Shown in pieces: positions 39,772 to 52,850 of a stretch of DNA of 64,000 nucleotides. Positions within the stretch are counted from its first letter, which is position 1; the number at the start of each line of letters is the position of its first letter. The stretch lies in the NCBI RefSeq assembly GCF_036588685.1, contig NC_086382.1, positions 48,236,001-48,300,000 of the forward strand, read 5' to 3'. The position numbers and the translations under genes are program-made. Origin of the DNA: Mytilus trossulus (taxonomy: Eukaryota). Below the pieces are notes generated by a model. That model was not told the DNA's origin and made no database searches. It worked only from the letters and a program-made list of their open reading frames with translations.

Positions 39772-42142
39772 CTGTAAGAAAAAAACATACATAACTTAAA
39801 AACATGTTCGTGAATAACAATAATTAAATATAAGAAGATGTGGTATGAGTGCCAATGATACTCCATTCAAGCATAGATGTATTACATCTATGATCCAAGT
39901 CACAATTTGTAAAAGTATACGATTGTAGGTCAAAATACGGTCTTCAACATACAACCTTGGCTCACACCGAACAGCAAGCTATATGAGTTTTTTTTTGTTT
40001 TTGGTAAAAAATAACAAAAGAATTATTTGCAGAAACCAAAACGTAATCAAGGTTAATATATGAAATTAAGGCAACACAGTATACCGCTGTTCAAGTCATA
40101 AATCGATTGAGAGAAAACAAAACCCGATTACAAACTAAAACCGAGGGAAACACATTAACTATAGAGGAAAACCACGAAACAATAGAACACTGAAGTCAAC
40201 ATTCTCGTGTATACATGTGCATTTGTACATGTTCATGTAACAATAAGTTATATATTTAATGTAAAACCATTTTACTTTGTTTTGGTAAAAATAACAAAGA
40301 ATTATTTTCAGAAACAAAATCGTAATCTTGTTATAGGATAAGGTGTTGAATTTGATAATTGACTCCCTATGAAAAGAAAATATGAAACTTTAAAAAGTAA
40401 GGCGTATCATTTCAGTAGTAATACAGGCAATATAATTAGACCCCCTAATGATTTCACTGTTTGATCATAATGTTTGCACTCAAATTGTGAACCAGGTGTG
40501 AAGAAAGTGATCAGAGTAAATCCCATAATACATCTGGACTACCTCCCAGCATCCTTCTTGCACGTGGTTAATTTACAAATATGAAAATATTTTTAATTAT
40601 TGATAAGATCGTTGTATCTGTAACTGGCACTGAGTGCCCGATGATATTACATGATGAAACTAGTTACTTCTAGTGCAAAGAATCACCAAGATGATGCTAA
40701 TTTGCTTTTAATTAATTCGAGCACTTTGGGTTGGAAAAAAATGGGTGCTACAAAGTTAAATTTTGATTAGGTTTTTCTGTGGCTTCAAAAAATCGTATTC
40801 AACAAAACACATAAATAAGTTTATATTAATATGTGCTTGACATTGATTCGTTACAGAAAATGGATGAATACAAACATAAGAACAAGTTTTTGTTTCTTTT
40901 AAACATTGTTTCACATAAAAAATACTTTGAACTGTTTAGGGATAGAAAAATAAAATAGATTTATACATGGGTTTTTTAGCTAGCGTTTTGTATGATTTTT
41001 AAAAATTTAAAGTTTTTCATAAAAAATTGTTGTCTTAAAATTATATACATTGTTGATCAGATGGCTTTGGTGACTTGTTAATTTTGTGGTACGTGAGTCT
41101 GAAACTGTATCGTTTTACTTTAGACTTTCATTATGTTAAGTATAGAGCTTTCAGTTCCACAAAAAAGACTTTTCTCATTATTTACATTTGAAACAACCAG
41201 ATGTTCTTGTAATGTCATTTTATTTAAAGTGCATAATTAAACAACATATTACGTCTTAAATCCTTATCAGACCAAATATTTCATCTTTTATTTACTTTTA
41301 ATAAGATCCACATAACATTCATCGTTTCATCATTTCATGCTAGATTGTAAGTAAAGATAATATCATTTAAAAAATATGTTAAGTTCAAAACACGTTTTCT
41401 ATTCTATTTCTTATTTTTGTTGCTTCGTATACACATAGATGGGTATAACATCTACGGTATACATGTTTTAAGAGCTGGCTTTAAATCGTTGTATTCACTT
41501 CACTGAATAGTAATGTAGAACAAGTGATAATTTGAAAATTGTAAAACTAACAAGAAAAGCAGCCAAAACAAATTATCACTATGAACTATTTATATTATTT
41601 TACAGTTCCCGTTGACAACTTAAGTTGAATCTGTTATTCTTTGACAAACAATTTGTCATACTGTTGCAAAGGGAAAAAAATCATCCAAGTTTTCTGACAT
41701 TTTACATTTCTCTTAAACGACAAACTGGGGTTAAATTGTTCTGTTGAATTATTGAATGTGTTCTGAATGTATTTGTAAATATACTTATCTAAAAAATGTG
41801 CAAGTCCTATCTCAAATTTCCCCAATTTGACGGTTAAAACCACAGTATGATGTATCTTTCCCCATACCAAGCATGGCGAACTATTCATCATGTTCGCACG
41901 TATTACTTCAACATTTCTCTTTATTTTGAAAGAAGCCATAAAGAAAACAGGAAAATTAATTCAAATGTTGATATTTAGCGAAAGAATATTCACTAAAATG
42001 TTTTGCAATAAATAACACGTACAGGCCCTCCCTTGCTATAAATTGCTGAGGTATCAATAACAGAATTTCTCTAGAAGTACAACCTCATGGGATTTTAGAT
42101 ATGTCTATCTGGCATCATAGTAAAGAACTTTTCCTAAAAGTG

Positions 42143-42254
42143 TGTGTGGGGGGGGGGGATGGCGCTCCAGTCATGCTCCAATTATCCCCTATATAATCAA
42201 CCAAATTTTTCCCAGGAAAACCCCATCCCCCACCCACCCCTGGATCCGCCTATG
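42143..42254. mobile_element. MITE remnant, one end only (…CCCCTGGATCCGCCTATG)
   Basis: G/C-run-rich stretch ending in a GGCGGATCCAGGGG-type terminus. The partner end was not found. Confidence 0.5.
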
Positions 42255-42475
42255 CCTGTTATAGATGTAAAAGAAATTTGCATGGATTTTCTAAAGCACT
42301 TGTCTCTAAAACAAAATCCTATATACATTTACATAACACATGTATATATGATATTTTATAGAAACAAGTGTGGATGAATAAAAAATACTACCTTGACTAG
42401 GGTAAGTAATAAATTTTGGTCCTTGTATTGAGGAATAACACATTAAAAATAATGAGAACTAATTCTATGAATTAC

Positions 42476-42554
42476 CTCTATTTTGTCCAAAGTTGTTCTG
42501 TGATTCTCCCATCTGATGGAATTTGTCCTGATAATAATGTGGACTGTTTACTGT
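42476..42554 (-). CDS. MyoD: MyoD coding exon 2 (79 nt; TVNSPHYYQDKFHQMGESQNNFGQNR + G)
   Basis: Acceptor cctttatatttttcAG, open frame in phase 0, donor AG|GTAATT in phase 1. These phases exactly bridge exon 1 and exon 3. Found by manual reading; too short for the ORF track. Confidence 0.88.
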
Positions 42555-44633
42555 CTGAAAAATATAAAGGCTACGCTTATAAGATCATCTAAGTTCAAAT
42601 TGGTTGAGTTAATAATTTACATAGGAAGATAGATTTGAATGTGACAACAACATGATCAAAAGGTACACGATCTTAAAATTCAAAGAAAATAACAAAATCT
42701 CAAAATATTCTAAATTTCAAATAATTTCAAGACAAAAATTAGTCAATTAAATTGGTTAAATAATTTATCATTTTTTTTTATACACATATATCACTTGTTA
42801 AAAAAAATACCTGTCAAATGTGTGTCTGTTTTATTGTTTGGTGGTTTTCAATGATCGAACCTTTTTATAAAAGGCTATATTAACCATGACCATCTACTCG
42901 TCAATACAAAATTATTTTTAATTTTGTAAGGTCTTCATGATTACTCTAATGGGGGTTATATGGAGTTTAAGATTCTTGGACTATATGGAAAGGAACAAGA
43001 ATGAAGAAAAATCTGCATCACACATAGATTTAATTCGAACAATTAGGCAAGAAAGAGGACTTATTAGGAAAAAGGACATAGTGGTCTGATTTACTTTTTG
43101 TTTCATTAATTCAAAAAGTCCACCCAGTGCATGTCAACATATATACCAAAAGCCTACAATGACCGGGTCACGGTTAAATATAAAATTGATATCATGCACT
43201 TATATCATTTAAATACCAAACATATTTCTAGAGAATTTAGCGATATGCTTCATTTGAGTTCGTTTCTCTTATATTTCTCTTATCGTTCACTTTTAATGAA
43301 AATCTTACTTCATGTACACATATGAAGATAACGAAAATTTGTGAATTATTCATTGAGCATATTTTATTTTTTTATATTATGGAAATATTCAATATTTTAT
43401 ACATATTGCAAAAAATCAAAAGATAAGATAATATCTACTATTTTGACAACTTGGATCAAATTTTAATTTAATGTTACCATTTATAACAATCAAGTTATGA
43501 CAGTTAACATATTCCATGCACAGATACGAAATTGATTAATTATTATAGTTTATACAATTTTCTTTACATTGAAGACGCTATCATTGATGGACTGGACGAC
43601 GCTACTATATGTTTATTTTTAGCATAAAAATGTACATCTAGTGCAATATTTGCTGTTTTATACATACAGTGGAAATGCCATTTTTTTAGAGTCATGAAGC
43701 TTTGGTATAGAAAACAATTACTTAATTAATTACCAATCTTACAAAAACATATTGGTATGTAACAAAAATATGTATACAGGACACCTTGCCCCGCACTACC
43801 ACATCGACGAACCTTCCCAATGAAAAATGAATTCATTAAGAAATGCAGAATTTGGCATATATCTTTAGATTACTGATATCGAACATGTATAATAAGCTCA
43901 AAGATGATTATACTATTAATAACTTCAGCGTACATGTAAGCTATATCAAAAAAACATATTGACATATATATACTAAAATAAAAACTTTAACCTGGGTGAA
44001 CAGTCTCATTTGGCATAAATTTTTAAAAGCTATAAGTAATAAACCGCACTAAATTTTGAGTTGATTTGACCCAACTACCATTTCAACTTCATAGTCAGTT
44101 TTTGATCGCAAAATTTGAATTTTTAACCGTTACGGTTGTTTTTTTTGTGTAATTATCTTCCATTCCCTGTGCTGTCCGCGATTCTTGTGTCAGACTTGCA
44201 TAGCTTATATTGTCCTCTCTGATTAGTCATGATATATATAACCTTCTACATGTTTTATAGAATAGAACTAATTTAATTCTCATTAAGCATGCTAAGGTAA
44301 CAGGACAATCTCAAGTAATTTTATGACTTTTTTCCAACAACTAGAGCTGGTACTACTGCATTAGAACACCGACAAAATAATGCAAGTACTCAGAAATAGA
44401 GCAAAGTGTTTATACTGTAGAAAGAAGGAGACGATAATATATATATACATCGCAAAAAGTAGTGCCTAATTCAACTTAAATAAGTTTTTATCAAAACCTT
44501 ATTCTAAGAAATTTCTTTAAAAATGATACATCACTGCTACTACTATTTCCGTTTTATTTATATTAAATTGAAAGAGTGTCGCCAAATTCGTTTAAAATCA
44601 TTTATAAAGTGTATATGAAATATCTAAAATCGA

Positions 44634-44689
44634 CTGATTGATTGTTGGTTGCTTTACGCCGCATCAGCACAAAACGGCTAATCGCGGCG
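44634..44689 (-). mobile_element. 56-bp 3' end of a SINE/LINE with (CAAT)n tail
   Basis: 12-bp TSD ATCTAAAATCGA at 44622-44633 and 44690-44701. Minus strand ends gcggcgtaaagcaaccaacaatcaatcag. Confidence 0.82.
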
Positions 44690-47600
44690 ATCTAAAATCG
44701 AAGAAAAATACCATTTCGAAAACATGTTGACGACTTCATTCTTTTTCAATTATCTTATCTAAAAATATAAAAAGCTATTCGTTGACCCCTTTTTGTATAA
44801 ACTTAACACCAATAAAAGGGATTTTTAGGTAGAAACTACATATTTTAAGGGGACATGAGCTTTTATGATTTGTTGTAAGCCCATGCTTTGTTAGTTGTTC
44901 CTTCGGAACTGGATGTGATTTGGATTGATGTTTTAGTATGTTATAAATAAAAATGAGTAAACAAAAAGAAAATAACAAGGATTTGGCTGATATGTGTAGT
45001 ACGATACTATATGACACTTTAAGAGACTTCATCAGACATCATTTCGACAAATAATCATTAGGAGTGCAGTTAAAAGTCAAAATCTCCGAAGATGTTTGCT
45101 AAACTATAACGCGCATTTGATGCATTACGTAGAATTTCTTTTTTACGGCTATTTTATTTGCTTATATATATGTATATCTTGCAATATTTTAAATTAGCTG
45201 AACCATTTTCGTTATTCATAAAATAAAGATAATGTTACCTTGAGTATCCATTATATTTATAGGGAACTGTGTGTTTAAGATTTGACCTTTTACTTCAGTT
45301 TTCATTCCATTTTATTTAAATTTGATTCGATGACTTGTGAAGAGCCCGGTTTGATTTTTTATATGAATCTTATGACTTGAAATACAAAATATAAATGGAT
45401 GTTGTAAATTATTGTTTGTGTTTTTGAATACAATAAAAACTAAATGAAATGGACATCCATAAATAAGAATTAGATGAAAATAAATACGAACTTTGAACTC
45501 AGCCTAATTCACATAATTATTCTTGCTGGCCCAACAACATGTCACCCAATATTAAAAATACTATCTGCATCATATTTTGATTTCCATTACATTTGATTTC
45601 TTTTTTCCATGATATTATATAATATAATTGTACATTTTCTGTCCATTGTAATTGATTTTGCCATTTAAAAGGAGAGGAATTTGTATTGTATTTATATTCG
45701 CATTTATTTATCTGTTTCTGAATAAAATATTGTTTACACTAACTCAGCCTAACAATTTTCATATATTTTTTTTTACTAAACGTTAGTCATGTAAAAAAAA
45801 ATATACTTCGTCCCTTTGTATGTGACAGATATCATGAGCGAGTTTTGTAAGGAAAGTATAGGTTTCAAGACAATTTTTTATAGAATTTCAACTTGACAAT
45901 ACTTGTATATTTTTTAAATGAGATAAAAGAGGGACGAAAGATACCAAAGGGACAGTCAAACTCGAAAATAAACTGACGCCATGGCTAAAAGTAAAAAAGA
46001 TAAACAGGCAAACAAAAGTACACATGACACAACATAAAAAAAGAATAAGCAACACGAACCCCCATATAAAGGCCGCATATGATATGGACTAATTAAAAAA
46101 TTCAAAATTAATTTCCTGCTCAAAACAAATGAATATGTTTATCATGACTTTTGAATTCAGTACAATCGTTATTTTTATATCCATAAAGCTTAATGTTTGT
46201 GCACTCCCTTGCACAAGATAAATGTTGCCAATATATTTAAGAGAAGGTCATGGTTTTTGTGACCAATAATACTTCTGCCTAATAGAGTATTTTCTCTCTC
46301 TCTTCGGCTATTTTTTTTATTATCTAATTTCAAATTTCAATTCAGTACTATTCTATTTTTTCTCTCAAATTTTAACTTTATCTTTACAAGACATGCAGTA
46401 ATCGTAATTATTTTAATGTTTATAGCATAAGTTATATTTGTTATTGCTAATTGTATCAAAATCCTGTATATAGATTCTGTTTGGTTTTATCCGGTTTTCT
46501 CTCTTTTTTTGTGCAGGAGTTTTTTTTTCTGTATTATTTTTTTCTCTCACATGCTGCATACCTTTCAAGATAGGAAAACATGTTCTTGACGAGTAGATTA
46601 CATAAAATAAGTACTTTTGAAAGTCCTAGAAAATAATGTGTTAATGATGATATACAGGTTAAGTGTACTGTAAACAATAATGAATAAATAACTTTATTTT
46701 AAGATAAAGGTTGAGAGTTATAATAATGCAAATTCATATTTAATTGTGTGAAAATGATATAATTTTGTCAGAACAAAGTGCCTTATCTTATGGTTGTACC
46801 TGCCTCTAAGAAATTTCTGTAGAAGAACATTTGATGAATTCAACAGCATAGTTGTTATGTGAAAAAGGTGTGTTAAATTTACAAACATTCCCATGAATGT
46901 ATTTGTGAGAACATAGTTCTCTTTTACATCACACGAGCTTATCCTATAATTATAAAGGACTGCAAACACTTTGAAAATTAATAGAAAAATCTGACAGTAA
47001 TGCATTCAATTAATATAACATAAGAGTAGAAATATTTATGATGATTTTAATAGAATCAAAGAGAGCAAATATATTCTTGATTGGTTTTGATTCCGTATCA
47101 AAATTGTTTCGCCGTTGGGTCGGTTCATGGTAAGATTGCATGTTAAGAAACCCAGTATTTAATTGATTTGGGAAAGTTTTCCGTAAGAATCTTATATAGT
47201 TTGGAAAGGTCTTCTTTTGTAAATCGTAATATAGATTTTAAAACGATCAACTGATTATTTGAAAGGTTTAGACCAGTAGCAAATATTTCATACAGGATCG
47301 GAGCATGAAAATTGTTCGGTTGTGATTAATAAGTAGTATCAAATATTTGGGAGGCAAACCATTTGGTCTATAAGTCGGATTCTAGAACAAAAATACGAAT
47401 GTGATAGCGTCAAATACATATCTACATAAAGGTGTCTAAATTTGACTCGGGTATTTAGAGACATTTAGATCCCAAACAAAATCGGTGTAAATGTGTGCTA
47501 AGACACAAAATCTTTATACGCAATGGTGTAAATACACAAGGAAACTTCCAAGCATTCACATCTTATAAACATGTACCCACTTTGTTAGATCTATTGAAAA

Positions 47601-48565
47601 TACTTTGAATTGTAGGTCTATTTATAAAGATATACGAATTTTGTCTTTTTATATTTTAAAATCAAAATGATTGATATTAATTATTTTATTTTAACTACAA
47701 AGAAAAATCTATTAAGATCCCTAATGTGTTCATTTTCTAAAAACACGTGTACTTTTTTGTCAATTAATGTTCGTAACGAGCAACAAATTGTACGATTTCT
47801 AAAGAAGTTCGCCGTCTATAAAATATTCCAGTACAGATTCACAGCAAGAGACAATAAAATTACGATTTTAATAGATTTTACAGAAAAATATTATTATAAA
47901 GATATGAAAGCCTTTTGACAGCATGATATAATGCAAGAAACAGATCTCATTAAAAGCATTACCAACAACGATTAGGAGTTTTTTCATAGCTCTTGACCAT
48001 AACTTTGTAAGATTAGACCTTAATACTTCCATCAAAGAGGCCTCCTGGTGCCTGTTTGATATTGACCCCTAGAGAGAAACATGACCCATATATTCTAGCT
48101 CATAATATGTCTCGGTAAATATCGAAAAAGCACATGGTGAAGATAAGGTTGCGCCACACGAAAAAGATACAATTTGAAGATTATCACTGATAATATCTGA
48201 TAGACTGATAGCAAGAACACACTTCCTTAGTCGAATTCGATGATTTAAAGTTAGATTTATGTGTATGACACGTCGACTAAGTGTTGAAATCTTGAAAAGT
48301 TAGATAAAACGTATAGTAACTTATCATTAAAAATAAGTAGCAATTTCTTTGTCATCGTATGTCACTTTTTCCACGTGTTATTCGAATAGAAAAACAGATA
48401 ATAGACAAAATTCTCTACACCAACTAAATACCTGTAGTCTTTACGGATATTACTTCTGGAATAAATGACATAACGCATTAGGTTTACCAGATTTTACTCT
48501 GTTTTTTGTTTTTTATTTAGATGAGTTTGTGATATTATTGTGCACATGAGTTTGCATGAAGTTTT

Positions 48566-48818
48566 AGTTTAAACATATTTATTTAGAGTGGATTGGGAAA
48601 CAAGTTTTACAACTTATATTAATCCCTTTCCACTTTGCGGGTGCGAGTACTGCCTTGTAGCGGCATTAGCCTACTCTTTTTCGAAATCTACAAGGGTGTC
48701 TTTAACGTGCAAGAGGCATGGCTCTCTCTTAACACGGGTCAGCCATTTATCGTCCCCTTCCGACGGACTATCATCGTTTCCTTATGTTAAGACCATACTC
48801 GCAAATGGTGTCAAGGGA
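48566..48818 (-). mobile_element. 5'-truncated Meta/MESC-type SINE
   Basis: Minus strand has gtccgtcggaaggggacgataaa...cttgcacgttaaagacaccc (Meta-domain-like). 12-bp TSD GCATGAAGTTTT at 48554-48565 and 48819-48830. Confidence 0.82.
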
Positions 48819-49173
48819 GCATGAAGTTTTGTTTATGTCCAGGAGATATTCATATTTTCTAAGATATGATTGTATTCTTTAAAAAAATTCAGAGAAAATT
48901 GAAGATGAAAATTATTGAATGAATAATTTACTATGGAATGTATCTTACTCTGATATTTTTACTCTGATATACACTATATAATTATGTCATGTATGTAGTA
49001 CGGAAACAAGAAAAGTGACACCCCTCCCCCTTTTTCGAAACAAAATAAAATATCGTAAACCAATTAAATTTATATAGTCCAATTTCTTCTACGTTTTTTT
49101 TCGCAGAAACAAAAAACCTTATTCCAAAAATTATTAAATATGAAGTAGAAATGTTTTCAAATCCTGTCATATT

Positions 49174-50845
49174 CACTGTGCTTAAACGGCCGTGGGTAAC
49201 TTAAGTTACACACAGCCCAAAATGGAGCCGCCTGGCTTCGGTTAGGAAGTTTGCTCGTATATAATTACAATACCATGAATACAAAAGAAATGTTCAGCAA
49301 TTAAAAAGTTATATAAATCTTTTAGGGAAACTCTGCAAATTTTTTACAACAAAATAAACGATTACAGCACGATTTTCCAAAACACTTATGATGTCCGTAA
49401 CTTCAAAACAGCTTGTCCGTAACTTTTTTCCTTATACCAATAGGGATGTCCGTAACTTTAGCATGATGTCAGTAACTTTCAAAGAATCTTTATTCATAGA
49501 TGTTATTATAAAAAAAAGAAATGATAAATAACACAAATACCGAACTCCTAGGAATATTCAAACAGGAAGTCCTCTATGGAATGGCAAAGCCAAAAGCTCA
49601 ATTTAACACACCAAACGAATGGAAAACAAAGGTCATATTCCTGCCTTGGTACAGGCAATTAAAAAAAGTTAAATTACAAAAATGCTGAACTCTGAAGAAA
49701 ATTCTAAAAGGAAAGTCCCTTATCAAATGAAAAAATCCAAAGCTCAACCGATTGGATAACCACTGCCATTTTCCTGACTTGGTACAGGCATTTTCTTATG
49801 TAAAAAATTGTATGGCAAAATTGATTTATCTTACATTCTACTGGCTTTATAGATTGTACTGCTTAAGTTTTAAATGATAAATCATGACATGCAGGTTATA
49901 GATCTCACCATTTCCAACTTTAGAAATTACATTAATGGTGAACATATGAAAATCACCTATAGTAAGGAGAACAAGTTCGGAGGTCAATCATTAGCAAAAA
50001 TACATAGATGAATCAGTCCAAACCTCTAAAGAAGATATGTATGATTTGATACCCGATCTTATTGAATCCCTGAGGTCAATGAAACTTTCAGAAGATTTTA
50101 AATTTACTTTTATTTCTATAATAAACTGACATCTGTTCAACAATATAGCCTTCCATCTGTTCCTAGATATCGTCATTTCCCCCCTCACAATCAACAACAC
50201 ATCACACTAGATATAATGAAGAGACCATACATTTTTGGCTAACAATTCAGAAATTATTTAAAGGAAAGGATATCAATTTTCCGCGGCTACACCGACTAAG
50301 GACTCATCAATGAACAATCTATAAAGCTAGAAGAATGTTAGATAAATTTCGCCGTACCGTAAGATCCCGTTTTATCCCGGGAATAATTTTTAAAAATTTA
50401 ACGGAAAATCCGTGACACTCTGGTTTGCTTTTTTCTCTTGTTTAGTTTGAAGCATATCGTTATTGTATAAATCTATGTAATAATTAAGGGGTTTGATAGT
50501 GTTTATTGTCCTTTAAGTGTTGAAATTGTTAATCTTAAAATTTGGAAAAAAAGTTACCCACATCCGAAAATAAAGTTACGGACAGTCTGATTATTTTTGA
50601 CTTATAAGTTACGGACATCTTATGCATTTTTTAAAGTTGGCCTTGCGCTAAAGTGAAGTCAAAATTAACAAATTTGTAGTGATGGTAAGTGATTTCTTTA
50701 TTCAAAAGTCCTTTCAATATTTACATAGATCAAGAAAAACGTTGCAAAAAGTAGATTTCTTATCAACTATAATCTCAACGAGTTTAGAGTCCGCCATCTT
50801 GGGCTGTGGGTAACTTAAGTTACCCACGGCCGTTTAAGCACAGTG
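49174..50845. mobile_element. Non-autonomous DNA transposon with CACTGTG...CACAGTG termini and 5-bp TSD (Transib/RAG-like candidate), 1672 bp, in MyoD intron 1
   Basis: 52-bp TIRs with 2 mismatches. TSD ATATT at 49169-49173 and 50846-50850. Subterminal TGTCCGTAACTT repeats (4 left, 2-3 inverted right). Superfamily call is inference. Confidence 0.85.
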
Positions 50846-51387
50846 ATATTGAGATGAGATACGTGTAATTATTAAATATCTTTGTCTGTTTATCGTTTTA
50901 ATCTAAATGTATTCTACATGTAAAGCCATATTAATGAAAACAGCGAAAAGGGTTATAAATCAAAACCATATATTTGAAAAAAGTTTTGTTAGTTGAACTT
51001 GTATGACAAAGAACAGGACAATTTATAAGTTTGGTTCGTCCGAAGCCCTTAACTGGGTGAACCTAGAATGCTAAAATCCAAAATATTGAAAGTCAATTAT
51101 GTATATCCACATGAAAAATTGAGGAGCTACATGTATATAACCTAAAGGGACGAAAAACGAATTGTCAAATACACCTCAGATCAAACATATTTGTAATACA
51201 ATGTTTATAAATATATGAATGTAAAATAACATGTGTTGCCTTTTTTTGGCACTTTAATTAACTCTTTCAACCTTTTTTTATATGAATCTTCGAATATATT
51301 AAGTTGTTTTGTTTTTCAAAGGATTATTAAGTTCTGTACAACCACAATTTTTATTTTAAAAAGTTTTGTTTACAAAGTGAATCTATC

Positions 51388-51554
51388 CTTGTTAATATCT
51401 TTATTTCATATTTTCAGTAAACTATAGTAATGTTTTCTATTAAAGTTGTGTGCAGCCACAATTATTATTTTTAAAAGTCTTATTTACAAAGATATTCTAT
51501 ACTTGTTATTATCTTTATTTCATATTTTCTTCAGTAAACTATAGCAATGTTTTC
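51388..51554. repeat. Local direct duplication, about 50 bp x2
   Basis: cttgtta.tatctttatttcatatttt...cagtaaactatag.aatgttttc at 51388 and 51502. Confidence 0.75.
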
Positions 51555-52850
51555 CAGTAATATGACAAGCTAACGATTGTAAATAAGCAGCATCTCACTC
51601 TATCAACACTTCTGGTCAATCTTCCCAATTAAACAGTTGTAAATTGTCATTTAGTGATGTGAAAGAGGTGCTAAATAGCTCCTGTAATCACCTAAATGGT
51701 ATACATCTGTCAATAGGACTTATAATAATTCACAAAATCTTTTGGAAGTCTTGCTATTCATTAAAAGTTTGCCTCTATCCGCACGTGCAAAAATACATAT
51801 GACTGACTTTTCTTCTCTTTTTTTTCTTCTAAAATTGGTTCATGTAATTTCATGAGTTTAATGCTTTCTGTCAATTTCAGAGTTCTTCAAATATTTTTTC
51901 ATTTTTTTCTCTCAATATCCTTATGTTTTTTTTTGTAAATTTTCGAACGCTTTATTCTAAATCTTTCTACATGGTTTACACTATATTTTGGGCTGCTTTG
52001 CTAGTAATTTTTATAATCTGTCGAAAAATAAATTATTTTCTTATTTTATTAATTATTCCTTAAGGATTAATTGTAACTTAAGTTAAGGGTTTTACCCCCA
52101 CTTTTCCAACACATAGAAATTTTGAATACAGAGGAAAGGTATACTCATATGTTTATAATTCGTCTGTGTTTGTTATTTATAATAAATGTAACAGTAGGAC
52201 AGAATTTCCTAACAAATTCCATTCGACATTAAACGTACAAACGTGTTTATAACTATTTTATTACATCAAATTATAAACCCAAATAAATCATCTTAATTGA
52301 AAACAAATTTCTGAGAAATTCGAGGATTTCTTATGTTATAATAATGTGCAAAAACTTTTGAGTTGTGGTAGGTTAGAATTTCAGGATCTTTTCAACGTGA
52401 GAAATCTTTATTTACAAACTTAGTTTATTATACCCCAGGGAGGTTGATAACTTGACAGCTCATACTAATCAAAATACTACCAATACATTATTTTTTATGA
52501 AAATTTAACACATGTTCATGTAATGTCAACAGGTTAATAAGTTCAGTTTGTTTATTATGATCCAACAGACTTATTTGAAATAATAAATGTACAAACTTTA
52601 AAAAAAATAAACATGGGAATGACAGTAAAATAAGGAACACCATTATAAATGACTTTCAAATTACAACTCAAGTTACCACTTTATAAAGATAAAAATTAAT
52701 TTGACATGACTATTGTCATTCCGTTTATTTAACTTGATGCAAATGTACTGAAATTTCCTCTTCTTCCACAAATTTTCGAAATTTTATATTTTTGTGTTTA
52801 AAAGTCCACGTAAAGATATAAACAAAAATACATGCATTTCATCTACCTAC

